Assembly: GCF_036321535.1 (NCBI RefSeq)
Contig: NC_087436.1
Location: forward strand, 57,228,001-57,292,000
DNA: 64,000 nt
Reading direction: 5' to 3'
DNA from: Camelus dromedarius
Taxonomy: Eukaryota
Shown here: piece by piece, positions 12,659 through 25,000 of the stretch
How positions within the stretch are numbered: the stretch's first letter is position 1
Layout of the letters: every line of letters begins with the position of its first letter
Program-made: the position numbers and the translations under genes
Notes under the pieces: generated by a model
Seen by the model: the letters and a program-made list of their open reading frames with translations, nothing else
What the model was told of the DNA's origin: nothing
The model's database searches: none

Positions 12659-13904
12659 AAATATGGGAAAAGCTTGGAAGCACCTTGATAGGGACTGTGA
12701 TACTGATGAGAGTGTATCGTACTTTGTAATTATTTGACTACATGTCTCAGTGTTCCTACAGAAGGCAAGTTATCATACCATGTATTGGTTACTGTGCATC
12801 TGTCAGTCTTGTAAAGATACAGTATAATATTGAGTAGTAGGCACTCAATAAATATTTATTGAAGAGTTTATATATAGATCTTGATGAAATTGCTGTCTTT
12901 TTCATAAGAAAAAAAGAAGCTTATCTATTAGATTATTATGTGTACATCGAAGGCTGGTCTGTAGGATATATTAAATACACACATGCACATATGAGATATA
13001 AAAATAAAACATTAATCTGGGAACGTACTTTTTCCATGTTTCTCTTTCAGCTTCTTAGTTTGGACAGCTTTGCCAAACATCTGTAGGTTGAAAAGCAGTT
13101 CAAAACAGGGTACAAAGAAAAGAAATCCACTTAAAATATCTCAGCTCAACTCTCATCACTCTGTACAAGGTTCAAATGTGATTTGGACACCAACACACCA
13201 AGCTAAGCTTTGTGTGAGGAAGTAAATGTTAGACTGAAACGGGAAACTGCAGCAGGTCATTCTCCTTTTGTTGAGTTTCTCCTTCTTGTCAAACCACTGG
13301 GCTGCACGTTGTCGTTCTTGTTTGTCACTGATAGCCTATCACAAAGCCCCTTCTGTTAGGATGCCTTACCTGAAACTCCCACTAGCCAGCAGAGCATAAA
13401 TACCAAGGTGGAGCCACCTTCCCCAAACCTCTCACACACAATAGCTACTGCTGTCACAGCAGGACAATTGAGTGGATCTTATGGTGGTATATTTTTCCCT
13501 GTCATATGCATGACAGAAACTCTAATGGACCTTGTTTGTTTCTTGACTAGCTTTTAAGGCCCTATAAAATGGCCTGTTATCAGTTCCATCAGTGTTCCCA
13601 AGATGTCTACGTGAATGTCAGAGAGCCCTAGCAGTAGCTATATTTTTAGTCCTCCAATCAGCAAGGAGACGATAATATTTAGCTGAAAAATTAGAGTGGA
13701 AAACTTTTTGCACCCTAGAAGGAAAAACTAAATGCCAGTGGCATTTTGTGATGAATAAAATCACATAAAAGCCTTTAAAAATGGAAGGATTAAATGGATT
13801 GTATTCTTTTATATAACACTTAACTATATACCTTAATAAAGAATATGGATCACTGCCCTTAAAAGAAAAACTTGATCTGATTTTAATGCCCAATTTGGGT
13901 ATTA

Positions 13905-13981
13905 AAGTTCAGTGCTAATTACATTCTGGTATTATCCTGGGATAAGTTCAGTGCTAATTACATTCTGGTATTATCCTGGGA
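13905..13981. repeat. Perfect tandem duplication, period 39 bp, 2 copies
   Basis: AAGTTCAGTGCTAATTACATTCTGGTATTATCCTGGGA at 13905-13942 and 13944-13981. Confidence 0.97.
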
Positions 13982-15754
13982 AGGAAGATAAGAAAATGAA
14001 GAAGAATAGTAAAATAACAACATCACAAAGACACTATTTTTAAAATCACTACTCTGAAGTTTCGATATGTCTCTGTCATTTTCTAAGACTCAAATGTTGA
14101 CATAGATGGTAACAAATTTTGACAAGCAGAGGAAAAACTATATCTATTGCAGATAATGCAATCCATCTATTTTTTGACTCCTAGTAATATGTTGGCTCCT
14201 AGACACGTTTCCTGGAATTCCTAAAATCTTTTTCCCCCATGAGATGGTAAATACTGTTTAGGGTTCCTTACTAAGTATGAAGGCTTAGGACTTTTCTGTC
14301 TGGGTTGTCATTGAACATGATTCTCAGTTCACAAATTCATTTGTACAAACTAATTTCTAGGGCTGTGGGCAATTAATCTTGGTCAATCTGTGATTCTCTG
14401 TCATCTTGCAGGGGATGTGTTTAAGTTGGATGGGAGGATGGGATCACATGGTCCAAGATGTTGAGATGGGGTGTATCTGACCAAGAAATCACTTGTGGAG
14501 TTGATGGTAACTTCTCATTGTCCTATACAGGTTGCTAAACACTCAGATGTCCCTTGTTCCTCATCTCATGGCCTCTGTCGAATTGGGTGACACTCTCCAT
14601 CACTTTCCACTATCCTTTGCCACGTGCAGATCTTTCTGGTGCTTTGAAGGTGCATGAAAGTGTGGAAATCTATGAATGTATCTGTGGCCTGTCTTCTTAA
14701 ATGCGCCGTGCAGCATTTCTTTTCTGACTCTGCAGGGACAGAGTGCAGGGCGCTTTTTTCCACCACCCACAACATCTCTCTCATACTATTCTCTTGATGT
14801 TTCATCTTCCCATACTGGAATCTTTTTTTCTTAAGTCCTGGGAGAAGGGCTTCTAATTTCATCATGACTTTTGTTTTGGAGGCATCTTGCATTGTCTCAA
14901 GGGGTTTGGCTTTAGGAAACTATAGCAGTAAGATTGATAAATAACTTTTCCATCGTGGCTCTCTTTCCATTGTGGCTTTCTTCAGGAACTGAAGAGTATT
15001 GAGAGCACAGTGAATTAAGAGCAGACCATCAACCTGGATGAGGGAAAGGAAAAGGGGAATAAAAGTCAGGGGCCAAAAAACATTTATATCTCGAATGTGT
15101 TATTCTGCCAGAAGTGCCACATTGCTTTTTAGTAATAATGTTCATATGTATAACATATAATCCATATTATGTTCATGGAGCATTTAATGTATTTTCTCAC
15201 ACAAAATCCAGGAGTTCAAGTGGATAAACTTGTATTTCCTGTAAGACTTTATTCTCCTTGATGCCAGGGAGAATTTGAATCATTCTGTAAATTTTGGTGG
15301 ACACATAGAATATGCCTGTCTGCTGTGTAGCTGGAGATTCTGCTGAAATGCCTATTCTTTTTCATTTTTTTAAATTGAGGTCACATTGATTTATAACATT
15401 ATGTAAGTTTTGTGTGTGCAACATTGTATTTTGACTTCTGTATACACCACACTGTGCTCACCACCTATAGTTTAGTTTCCATCTGACATCATACAGTTGA
15501 CCCCCTTTACCCATTTCACGCTCCTTCATACACCTTCCTCTCTGATAACCACTAATCTGCTCTCTGTATCTGTGTGTTTTTGTTTTGTTTGTTCATCTAT
15601 TGTTATTATTTTGTATATTTCACATATGAGTAAAATCATATGGTATTTGTCTTTCTCCATCTGACTTAATTCAGTTAGCATAATGCCCTCAAGGCCCATC
15701 CATTTTGTCACAAATGGCAAGATTTTATCCTTTTATGTCTAAGTTGTAGTCCAT

Positions 15755-15760
<6 letters not shown>

Positions 15761-15799
<39 letters not shown>
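15761..15799. repeat. (TG)n microsatellite within the L1 3' region
   Basis: Uninterrupted TG dinucleotide run of about 19 units. Confidence 0.95.
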
Positions 15800-15800
<1 letters not shown>

Positions 15801-16927
15801 CTTTATCTATTTATCCATCTATAGGCACTTAGGTTGTTCTCATATCTTGGCTACTATAAATAATGATGCGATGACACAAGCATGCATGTTTCTTTTCTAA
15901 TTAGTTTTGTATTTTTTAGATAAATATGCAGAAGTGGAATAGCTGGATCATATAGTAGTTCTATTTTTAGTTTTTTTTCCCGTACTGTTTTCCATATTTA
16001 CATTCCCGTGAACAGTGTATGAGGGTTCCCTTTTGTCCACATACACTCCAACACTTGTTATTTCTCATCTTTTTGATAATACTCATTCCAATGGGCATGG
16101 GGTGATATCTCATTCTAGTTTTGATTTGCAGTTCCAAAAAATTAGTGATCTTGAACATTTTTTTTCATGTGCTTCTTGGTTATCCATATGTCATTGGAAA
16201 AATGCCTATTCAGACGTTCTGCCCATTTTTTAAGAAGGTTGTTTTTGTTGTTATTGATTATATGAGCTCTTTATATATTTGGGGTTATCAAATATACGAT
16301 TCGCAAATATCTTCTACCATATGATAGGCTGTCTTTTCATTTTGTTGATGGTTTCCTTTGCCATGCAGAAGCTTTTTAGTTTAATTTTGTCCCATTTGTT
16401 GATTTTTGCTTTTGTTTCCCTTGCCTGAGGAGACATATCCAGAAAGACATTTCTAAGTGTCAAAAAGTGTATTGCCTATGTTTTCTTCTAAAAGTTTTGT
16501 GATTTCAGGTCTTACATTCAAGTCTTTAATCTTTATGTTAATTTTTGTGTGTGGTGTAAGAAAGTGGTCCAGTTCCATTCTTTAGCACATGGCTGTCCAG
16601 TATTCTCAACACCATTTGTTGAAGGGACTGTCTTTTCTCCATTGTATGTTCTTGGCTCATTTGCATGAATTAATTGTCTGTATATGTGTGGGTTTATTTC
16701 TGGGCTTTCAATTATGTTCCATTGATCTGTGTATCTGTTTTTCTGATAATAGCATGCAGTTTTGATTACTATAGCTTTATACTAGAATTTGAAATCAGAG
16801 AGTGTGATAACTCCAACTTTGTTCTTTTTTCTCATGATTGCTTTGGCTATTTGAAGTCTTTTGTAGATCCACACAAATTTTGGGATTTTTTTTGTTCTAT
16901 TTCAGTGAAAAATATCATTGGGGTTTT

Positions 16928-17088
16928 TTTGGGGGGGAAGATGGGGGAAGTAATCAGATTTATTTATTTATTTATTCATTCATTCATTCATTCATTCATT
17001 CATTTATTTAATGGAGGTACTGGGGATTGAACCCAGGACCTCATGCATGCTAGGCATGCACTCTACCACTCAGCTATATCCTACCTCC
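16928..17088 (-). mobile_element. Vic-1-type tRNA-derived SINE nested in L1
   Basis: Reverse strand carries TAGCTGAGTGGTAGAG (A box) and GGTTCAATCCCCAG (B box), with a (TTTA)/(TTCA) tail. TSD TATCATTGGGGTTTT (16913-16927) / TGTCATTGGGATTTT (17089-17103). Confidence 0.9.
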
Positions 17089-17195
17089 TGTCATTGGGAT
17101 TTTGATAGGGATCACATTGAAACGGTAATTGCTTTAGGTAATATGGACATTTTTGACAATGTTAATTCTTTCAATCCATGAGCACAGACTATCTT

Positions 17196-17655
17196 AAAAT
17201 ATTTTTTATTGACATATAATTGATTTACAATGTTTCAAGTGTACAGCAAAGTGATTCATTTATACACATATATATATTGCTATTCTTTCTCAGATTCTTT
17301 TTCATTATAGGTTATTACAAGATATCAAATATAGTTCCTTGTGCTGTACAATAGGTCCTTGTTGTTTATCTATTTTATATATAGTAGTCTGTATCTGTTA
17401 ATCCCAAATTCCAAATTTGTCCCTCCCTTTCTTTTCCTTTTTGGTAAACATAAGTTTCTTTTCTGTGTTTGTGAATCTGTTCTGTTTTGTAGATGATTTT
17501 ATTTGTATCCTTTTTTAGATTGTACATGTAAGTGATATCATACGGTATTTGTCTTTTTCTCTCTAACTTGCTTCACTTAGTATGATAATCTGTAGGTCCA
17601 TCCATGTCGCTGCAGATGGCATTATTTCATTCTTCTTTATGGTTGAGTAATATTT
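17196..17655 (-). mobile_element. Younger L1 3' end (artiodactyl/camelid type) nested in the older L1
   Basis: TTATTGACATATAATTGATTTACAATG...GTACAGCAAAGTGATTC 3' UTR. TSD CAGACTATCTT (17185-17195) / CAGAATATCTT (17656-17666). Confidence 0.85.
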
Positions 17656-19205
17656 CAGAATATCTTTTGACTTCTTTGTGTCTTCTCTAATTTTTTTCAG
17701 TAATTTCTTACAGTTTGCAGTGTATAAGTCTTTCACTTCCTTGATTAAATTTATTACTAAATATTTTAATCCTTTTTGTTGTGATTATAAATAAGGTTGT
17801 TTTCTTAATTTTTCTTACCACTAGCTCATCTTTAGTGTGTAGAAATATGGCAGATTTTTGCGTATTGATTTTGTACCCTGCAACTTTACTAAATTTCTTA
17901 GTTCTAATAAGGGGTGTGTGTGTGTGTGTGTGTAAAATCTTCAAGGTTTTCTATATGTAAAATCATGTTATCTCAAAATTGTGACAGTTTTACTTCTATG
18001 GTTTAATGTTTCATTGAAGGCCATGGTTTCTTTGTTGACCTTCTGTCTCAATAATCTATCCATGTAAATGTAAATGAGGTGTTAAAGTCCCCTGCTATTA
18101 TTGTGTTGCTGTCAATTTCTTGTTTTAGGTCTGTTAATAATTGCTTTATGTATTTTGGTGCTTCTGTATTAGGTGTATATATATTAATAAGTGTTATGGC
18201 TTCTTGATGAATGATCCCCTTTTCATTATATAATGTCAGTCTTTGTCCCTTGCTACCTTTTTCTTGAAGTCTGTTTTGTCTGGTATGGCTGTACCCACTT
18301 TCTTTTGGCTGTCATTTGCTTGGAGTATCATCTTCCATTCCTTCACTTTGAGCCTATGTTTGTCTTTAGAGCTGAGTCTCCCAGAGGCAGCATGTAGTTG
18401 GGTCTTCTTTTTTGATCAATCCAGTCTCTGTGTGTCTTTTGACCAGTGTATTCAATCCATTTACATTTAGGGTAATTACTAATAAATGAGGACTTAGTAC
18501 TGCCTTTTAGCCTTTGTTTCTGGTTGCTCTGTATCTCCATTGTTGGTTTTTCCATCTGTTTCTGTCTGCCATTTTAGTTTGGTGGTTTTCCATGATGTTT
18601 TTCTCAGTTTTCTTTTTTTATGTTTTGTGTCTCTGCTCTACATTTACGTTTTGTGGTTACCATGAGGTTTTTATAAAAGGTTTCATAGATAAAATAGTCC
18701 TTTTTCTGCTCATAGCATCTTATCTCCATTTGTCTATATGAGTTTCATCCTTTTCTTTTTCTTTTTTTATGTATTTGTCACCTCAGTTTATCCCTTTTTT
18801 ATGTTGTGGGTTTGTTACCTAATTGAAGTAGCTATAGTTATTTTTGCTTTTTTTCCTTTAGCCCCTATGCTGTAACTAATGTTTAAAAAGCTATTCTTAT
18901 ATAGAGTTGCAATATCTGATTCTATTTATCATCTTACTCAAGATTTTGTGTATTTTTGCCTTTTTATTTTGAGTAGAAGATCTCCTTTCAACAATTCTTG
19001 TAAGGCAGTCTAGTAGTAATGAACTCCCTCAGTTTTTGTTTCTCTGGGAAGCCCTTTATTTCTCCTTCATATCTGAAGGATAATTTTGCTGGATAGAGTA
19101 TTCTTGTCTGACACTTTTTATTTTTCAATATTTGGAGTTTATCATTCCACTCTCTCTTGGCCTGTAGAGTTTCTGCTAAGAAATTTGCTTATAACTTAAT
19201 GTAGG

Positions 19206-19637
19206 TTACTTTTTAGACTGCTGACTTTTTCCCCTGGCTGCCTTTAAAATTCTTTCTTTATCATTGACTTTTGACAGTTTTAATATAATGGGTCTTAGAG
19301 AAGTTCTTTTTGTGTTGAGATAATTAGGTGTTCTTTTAGTTTTGTAAACTTGTGTATCAGGTTTCTTCTCCAGGTTTGGAAAGTTTTCAGCTATTATTTC
19401 TTTAAGTAAACTTTCTGCTCCCTTCTCCCTCTCTTCTTCTTCTGGAATAACCATTATCCTTGTGTTGCCTTTCCTAATGGAGTCAGACAGTTCTTGTAGA
19501 AATTCTTCATTTTTTAAATATCTTAGTTTTCTTTCCTCTTCTACCTGAATCATTTCTAGATTTCTATCTTTGAGCACACTGATTCTCTCTTCCAAATGGT
19601 CTGCTCCATTTTGAATGATTTCTAATGCATTTTTCAT
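19206..19637 (-). pseudogene. L1 ORF1p remnant (coiled coil and RRM part)
   Basis: LQELSDSIRKGNTRIMVIPEEEEREKGAESLLKEIIAENFPNL...PIILKLSKVNDKERILKAARGK is a typical ORF1p motif set. Confidence 0.9.
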
Positions 19638-20939
19638 CTCATTTATTGAGTTCTTTAGTTTCAGAATTTCTGTTTGGTTCTTTTTTAGAGTTTCAATCTC
19701 TTTAATAAAGTATTTCTTCTATTCATTAATTTTATTCCTGAACTCATTGAACTGGCTTTCTGAGTTTTCTTGTAGCTCATTGAGTTTCTCCATTACAGCT
19801 GTTTTGAATTCTTTGTCAGCTAGATCATTTATTCTGTGACTTTAAGTTTGGTTTCTGGAAAATTGTTATTTTTTGTGTTGTCACGGTTTTTCATGGTGCT
19901 TGATGAGTTGTTCCTCTGCTGGCACATTTGAAGTAGTGAACATCTTTCTTATTTAGGTAGAACTTTTTTTCATTTGAGATTCTAACAATTCAGCAGATTG
20001 GTAATTAGAGGACTTTCTTTTTTCAGTAGGTGGCACTATAGCACAAGTTTTTTTCCCCTACCTGTGCTACCTCTGGCTATATCTAAGAATTGGCACTTCT
20101 CACCCAGCACCATATCTGCTGGAGGTTGTGGTGCCCTTGTTGTTGCTACTTGTGCCTCCAAGGTAGCTGGTGCCTTGGTGCTGCTGGTGTTGCTGCTATT
20201 GCTGTTGTTGACACCTGGGACACTGGGATAGTGGGTGCCTTGTGACATCTGGGGTTGCCTGGGCCCTGGGCACCCCCCCCCATGGTGGAGGGTTGTGGAG
20301 GGTAGGGTGGGGAGGCAGGGCTGTGGGGATCTCTGCCACATCTGAGATTATCACATTTGTGGGTGTTACCACTGTAGGTGAGGGCCAGGAGGCTGGAGCT
20401 GTGGCTGCTGCTGTGACTGGAGAGATGAGTCCTGCCACCAGTGCTGCCTGGAGGCTGAAGGTGCTGCTGTAGCAGGGAGGCTGGAGTCACATGCACTACC
20501 TTTCTTGGTGCTACTAGGTTCTCTGGGACTGTGGGCTCAGCCACTACAGCATGCTCCTCAGTTCCCCCATTTTCACCTCCTCTGTGTGTTCCAGTCCCTC
20601 CCCCTCATCCGACAGTTCAAATGTACAGATGTGTGGCTCTTTCTGTGTGCTGGTATGTTGGGCAGAGGAACGAACCTTTGTTGAATTATGGATGCTTTAT
20701 TAGTTGTAGATTGAAGGGGAGAGACAAGGGAGCATCTCATTCCACCGTGATACTGACGTCAATCCTTGAAATGCCATTTCCCAAATTTATAAATAGAAAT
20801 CATGATCAGGTACCTGTGGTGCCAGGCTGCATAACTGCATAAGAAAACAATTTACAAATATCATGTGACTTCAGGTAATGAGCCAAGGGGTTGTGAAGGC
20901 ACATAGTATAGGACTGGAAGTTGAGCTTTGTACTAGGAC

Positions 20940-21095
20940 AGAACTTTTCAGAGTAGTCTCCAGATTAACATTATTAGAAATTCAAATATCCCAGACATAC
21001 TGAATAAGAAACTCTGGGGATGGGGTTTCCATATCTGTGTTTTAACAAGTCCTCTATATAATTCTGATGCATGTTAAAGTTTGAGAATTCCTGGA
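20940..21095. mobile_element. MER5A-like hAT-Charlie DNA transposon fossil
   Basis: ACTGAATAAGAAACTCTGGGGATGGGG...ATCTGTGTTTTAACAAG...ATTCTGATGCATGTTAAAGTTTGAGAA. Confidence 0.75.
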
Positions 21096-21359
21096 CTAGG
21101 AGATGGTTAACTACAATCAAATGAATGATTTTACATAGGTAGCTTCACTCCTGGGACTCAATTTTCTCATTTAGGATTAAGAAATACTCTCTACTTAATC
21201 TAGTTGGAAGAGCATTCTTTTGTCTTATTCTGCTTAGAACAAAGTACAAACATATGTCCAGGTTTCACACGGTTTGCTGGTTATAACATACCATTTACCT
21301 AAGATCTTATCATTTGTCTAAGAAGAAGAGTATGTCTGAATATATATATTGTACATTCC

Positions 21360-21630
21360 CTGAGAGGCAGTTTGCAAGATGGTAAGTGTTCAGGCTCTCT
21401 GGAAAGACACCCTAGCATCAGATCAGCTGCTTCACTTTTTACTATGTGACCTTCATCTAATTTTCAACTTCTCATTGTCTCAGTTTCCTCATCTGTAAAT
21501 TAAGGTCATACTGTAATGCTCCCCACCTCATAGAGTCAGAATGAGATAACAGTCATTTAAGCTTGAGATAGCACAGGTTAGGCGCTTGGCAGGGCCTAGC
21601 ACTGGTAAGTGCCTAGTAAACAGTAACAAG
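21360..21630 (+). mobile_element. MIR SINE
   Basis: ACTATGTGACCTT...TCTCAGTTTCCTCATCTGTAAA core. Confidence 0.75.
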
Positions 21631-21914
21631 TTCTGGGTTGAATGCAGGCTGGCCTCTGTTCTAAGGTCCGAAGCCAAAACAGACATCATCTCTGCACTGA
21701 AGGAGCTTGTTATCCTGGTAGGAAGAACCAGACCTGTAAACTTGTAATCCTCAAAGGTATTAGAGACTCTGCAATAGCACCTGGGAAAAATGAGGACACA
21801 ATTATGGGACAAGGGGTCTTGAAAGGACAGTTCAGTTTGCGTAAGCAGATTTATCACCATGACTGATGGATGGTCAACAGAATGCTTTTCATATAACTGA
21901 TGCGAAAACATCAA

Positions 21915-22115
21915 TAACTAACGTCTGTTCACACTTACTATTTACCAGGCCCTATTAATTATCCCAATTAGTTTTTTCAGAAACATATGAGGCAAGTACT
22001 TCTTTATCGCCACTTTACAAACTGAGAACCTGGGACTTAATGAGGCAAGGTAACTTGCCCAGGGAAACCTAACTACAAAGGTGGGTGTTCTGACTCAGAG
22101 ATCCATATTCCCTAG
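21915..22115 (-). mobile_element. MIR SINE
   Basis: CACTTACTATTTACCAGGC...CCACTTTACAAACTGAGAACCTGGGACT...GTAACTTGCCCAGG (antisense core). Confidence 0.7.
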
Positions 22116-23667
22116 GATTTGCTTATTATTGAAGTGAAACTCATGTGAATAGTTTGTCTCTTTTAACAATTTAATTCTTTATGTTTCATAAGTTTTAAAT
22201 AAGAGTAAACAAATCTAAAGAAATGAAGAGATACTCCCTACAGGAACTCCCCCCCCCCACCTATTTTTAATAGAGAAGATTACAATTTAAGACCTTAACT
22301 TTTCTTGTCTTTCATCTCTGCTCATTGAATTAATCAAACTGCCATCTCCTCACTCATTAAAAACAAACAAACACATAAGATAATATAGAAAGAAGCCTGC
22401 CGTTTTGAACAAAGAGCTTTATAAGTGAGAAATACTTCAGAAATGACACAGAACTGGTACAAAGGGGTACGTAAGAGTTTGTCAAAGTACTGAGCCACCC
22501 AATCCAAGCAAACCAGGGAACTCCTCTCCTCTGAATGTCAGTATTCTTCATCCTATTTCTGACAACTTCAACTCTCAGTTATTTAAAACTTCTCCCTATT
22601 AATTCCACTTGAGTTTGAACAGCTTATCAATCTCATCCAAAGAATCACAATTTATTGTGAAAAAGACAAAAATAAATTATTCATCACTGTATAATAATCA
22701 ATTTATTTTACAGATAATTTCAGCTAAATAATTCCTTTTCGGCAGGAAATATACTGTAAAAGATGAATAAAAGCCAAAAAATTATCTGTAAGCAAGCAAA
22801 AAACAAAGCTTTATTTAGCTAATGTGTTTTTAGACAAAATAGATCTTTCACCAGTCTTTCATAAAAGCCTGTAGGGAAGAGCATATAAGACAAAAGAATC
22901 AGTCAAGATTTATAGCTCTTAATGATGTACTGAAATTTATTAGAAAGTAGATGCCACCTTTAAAAGTGAAGACTAATGCCGATTGGCTTCCTTGTTGTGC
23001 CCTCGCTGAGAAATATGTAAACACTTTGTATATTTTCCCTGGGTTTTGAGATTGACACAATCATGGGTCAGTAAAGTCAATGACATTTAAATTGTTAAAA
23101 GTTTTTTTTTTTTTTTTTTGGTGTCTTCTGGGAATGGTAAAACAGGATACACTCTTTTATTCTCATTTCCCTTCATGAAATGTACTCTCTTCTTTTTGGA
23201 ACACATGATAGTTTCTGTGCATACAGATAGGTCCTAACAATGCTTCTCTGACATTTAAGCATTTCACCTTCTATGCAGTACAGCCTGTTTGTCCTTTTAA
23301 ACTTGGCTGCTGGGCCAAATGCAAAGGAACCACTGTGTGATTTTTTGCTTATCTTGTGTACCCAAGCTTACAAAGTTAGTGCTTGAGTGTGTCAGGTATC
23401 ACCTAGGGACTTAAGAATGAGGCTTTTTACAGTTAACCCAATCCCATGACCTGTACTACATTGCCTTTGATTTGAAGACAGTTTAGTTAACTACCAAGAC
23501 TGCCTGCTACATTAACCGGAATCAGGTTCAACCTGAGATGTGGCCACACAATAATTCCTAGTTTTCGGGATAATGGCTTTTGGCATACTCCATTACATTC
23601 TAGAGTAAATTTGCCAGTGGGAAAAGCAATGTTTTTCTTTTTGTATATGCTGCTTCAGCAGAGTTAT

Positions 23668-25000
23668 TTTTTTTTAAACTTTCTATTTGGAAATAATTTC
23701 AAGCTTTCAGAAAAGTTGCAAGAATAAGTATAGTTCAAATAACATTCTGATACATGTTACTCAGATTCACTCATCATTATTTTACCTCATTTGATTAATC
23801 GTTGGCTCAAATTCTCTCTCACCATCTTTCTGCACATGCATACACATAAATTTTGAAGAATTTTATAGTAGTTATATGTACCATGGTCCTTTACTCCTTA
23901 ATATTTCTGTGGGTATTTCTTAAGAACAGAGACATTCTGTTACATAATTGCAGTTCAGTTAACAACTTCAGTAAATTTAAGATTGTTGGAATGCCTTTAT
24001 CCAACCTACCATCCTTATAATTTCAGTTTTAGAAACTGATAAAATACCTTTTCCCTCTCCAGGTGAGGATCTGCTCTAGAATGTGGTATTGCATTTAGTT
24101 GTGATGTATTTGTAGTCTTTTAAAATCCAGAATATTTCCATAACCTTGCTTTGTTTTTTTTTTTTTATGCTACTGACATTTTTGAAGACTACGATCTCCC
24201 ATCTTTTATTTTTTAAAGAATGTTTGTTCCTCATTTGGCATTTGTCTAATATTAACTTATGCTTGGATTCTCTAAGTCTTTTTGCTCAGAATGCTCCATA
24301 GGTGATGTTATGGCCTTCTCAGGGTATCGCATCTAAAGGCATATGATGTCTATATACTCCTCACTGGTAATGTTAATTTTGATCACCCAATCAATGTATT
24401 GTCTCATTTCTCCACTGTATAATTATCATTTTCCCCTTGGAACTAATAAGCAATCTATGGTGAGACCCTTTAAGATTATGCAAATAATGTGCTCTTCATC
24501 AAAATTTCTCCCCATATATATTATCTATTGATGATTCTTGCCTGATCCAGTCTTTACTATGACTACCTAATGCTGATTTTTTTCCAACTCCTGCACTCCT
24601 TTCTCATTTATCAGTTGGTGTTTAACATTTTAATAGAATCAAGAGTACTCCTTTCTCTCCTTCTTACCTATTTATTATTGATATGAATCATGATTTCCAA
24701 TTTTTTGGAATTGCTTATAATTCATTAGTGTACTTAATTATTTTATGTTCAAGTTGTCCTTCATTCGACTAGTGGAATACCTTCAAGTTATCTCTCTAGC
24801 CTTTGTAACATACTCCATTATTTATTTTATTTTAGCGCATCCTTACTTCTTGCCTCACAAGCTGTTCTAGGCTCTTCTTGTATATTTCCTGTGCCAGCTC
24901 TGGACTCAGCCATTTCTCCGTGGAGCCCTGATTTCTTTTAGTGCAAAATGGTATTAGAGACCAAAATCTGGGTCTAGTGCTGGGTATACCAAGAGAGCTA
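23668..25000 (-). mobile_element. Old L1MC4/5-like 3' region
   Basis: Starts TTTTAAACTTTCTATTTGGAAATAATTTCAAGCTTTCAGAAAAGTTGCAAG and ends near CAGCCATTTCTCCGTGGAGCCCTGATTTCTTTTAGTG...GAGACCAAAATCTGGG. Confidence 0.7.

Larger units (their letters stand above)
15358..20766 (-). mobile_element. Older L1 (L1MA9-like, laurasiatherian) retaining 5' UTR, ORF1, start of ORF2 and 3' end, with a large internal ORF2 deletion
   Basis: 3' end near 15360; ORF2 C-terminal remnants at 15526-16158; degenerate FADD motif near 17970; EN start at 18340-18480; ORF1 at 19206-19637; GC-rich 5' UTR at 20000-20765. Degenerate TSD TGAAATGCCTATTC (15344-15357) / TGAAATGCCATTTC (20767-20780). Confidence 0.9.

Noticed and set aside
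13905..13981. Direct repeats of CRISPR-like length
   Set aside because: Only two copies, no spacer, no cas genes, and a mammalian context.
19998..20842. Six overlapping ORFs of 76-132 aa in a GC-rich block
   Set aside because: They lie in the CpG-decayed L1 5' UTR, where stops are rare. The peptides are low-complexity and have no splice or promoter support.
21528..21914. 128-aa minus-strand ORF
   Set aside because: Partly within a MIR, between two SINEs, with no domain or splice support.
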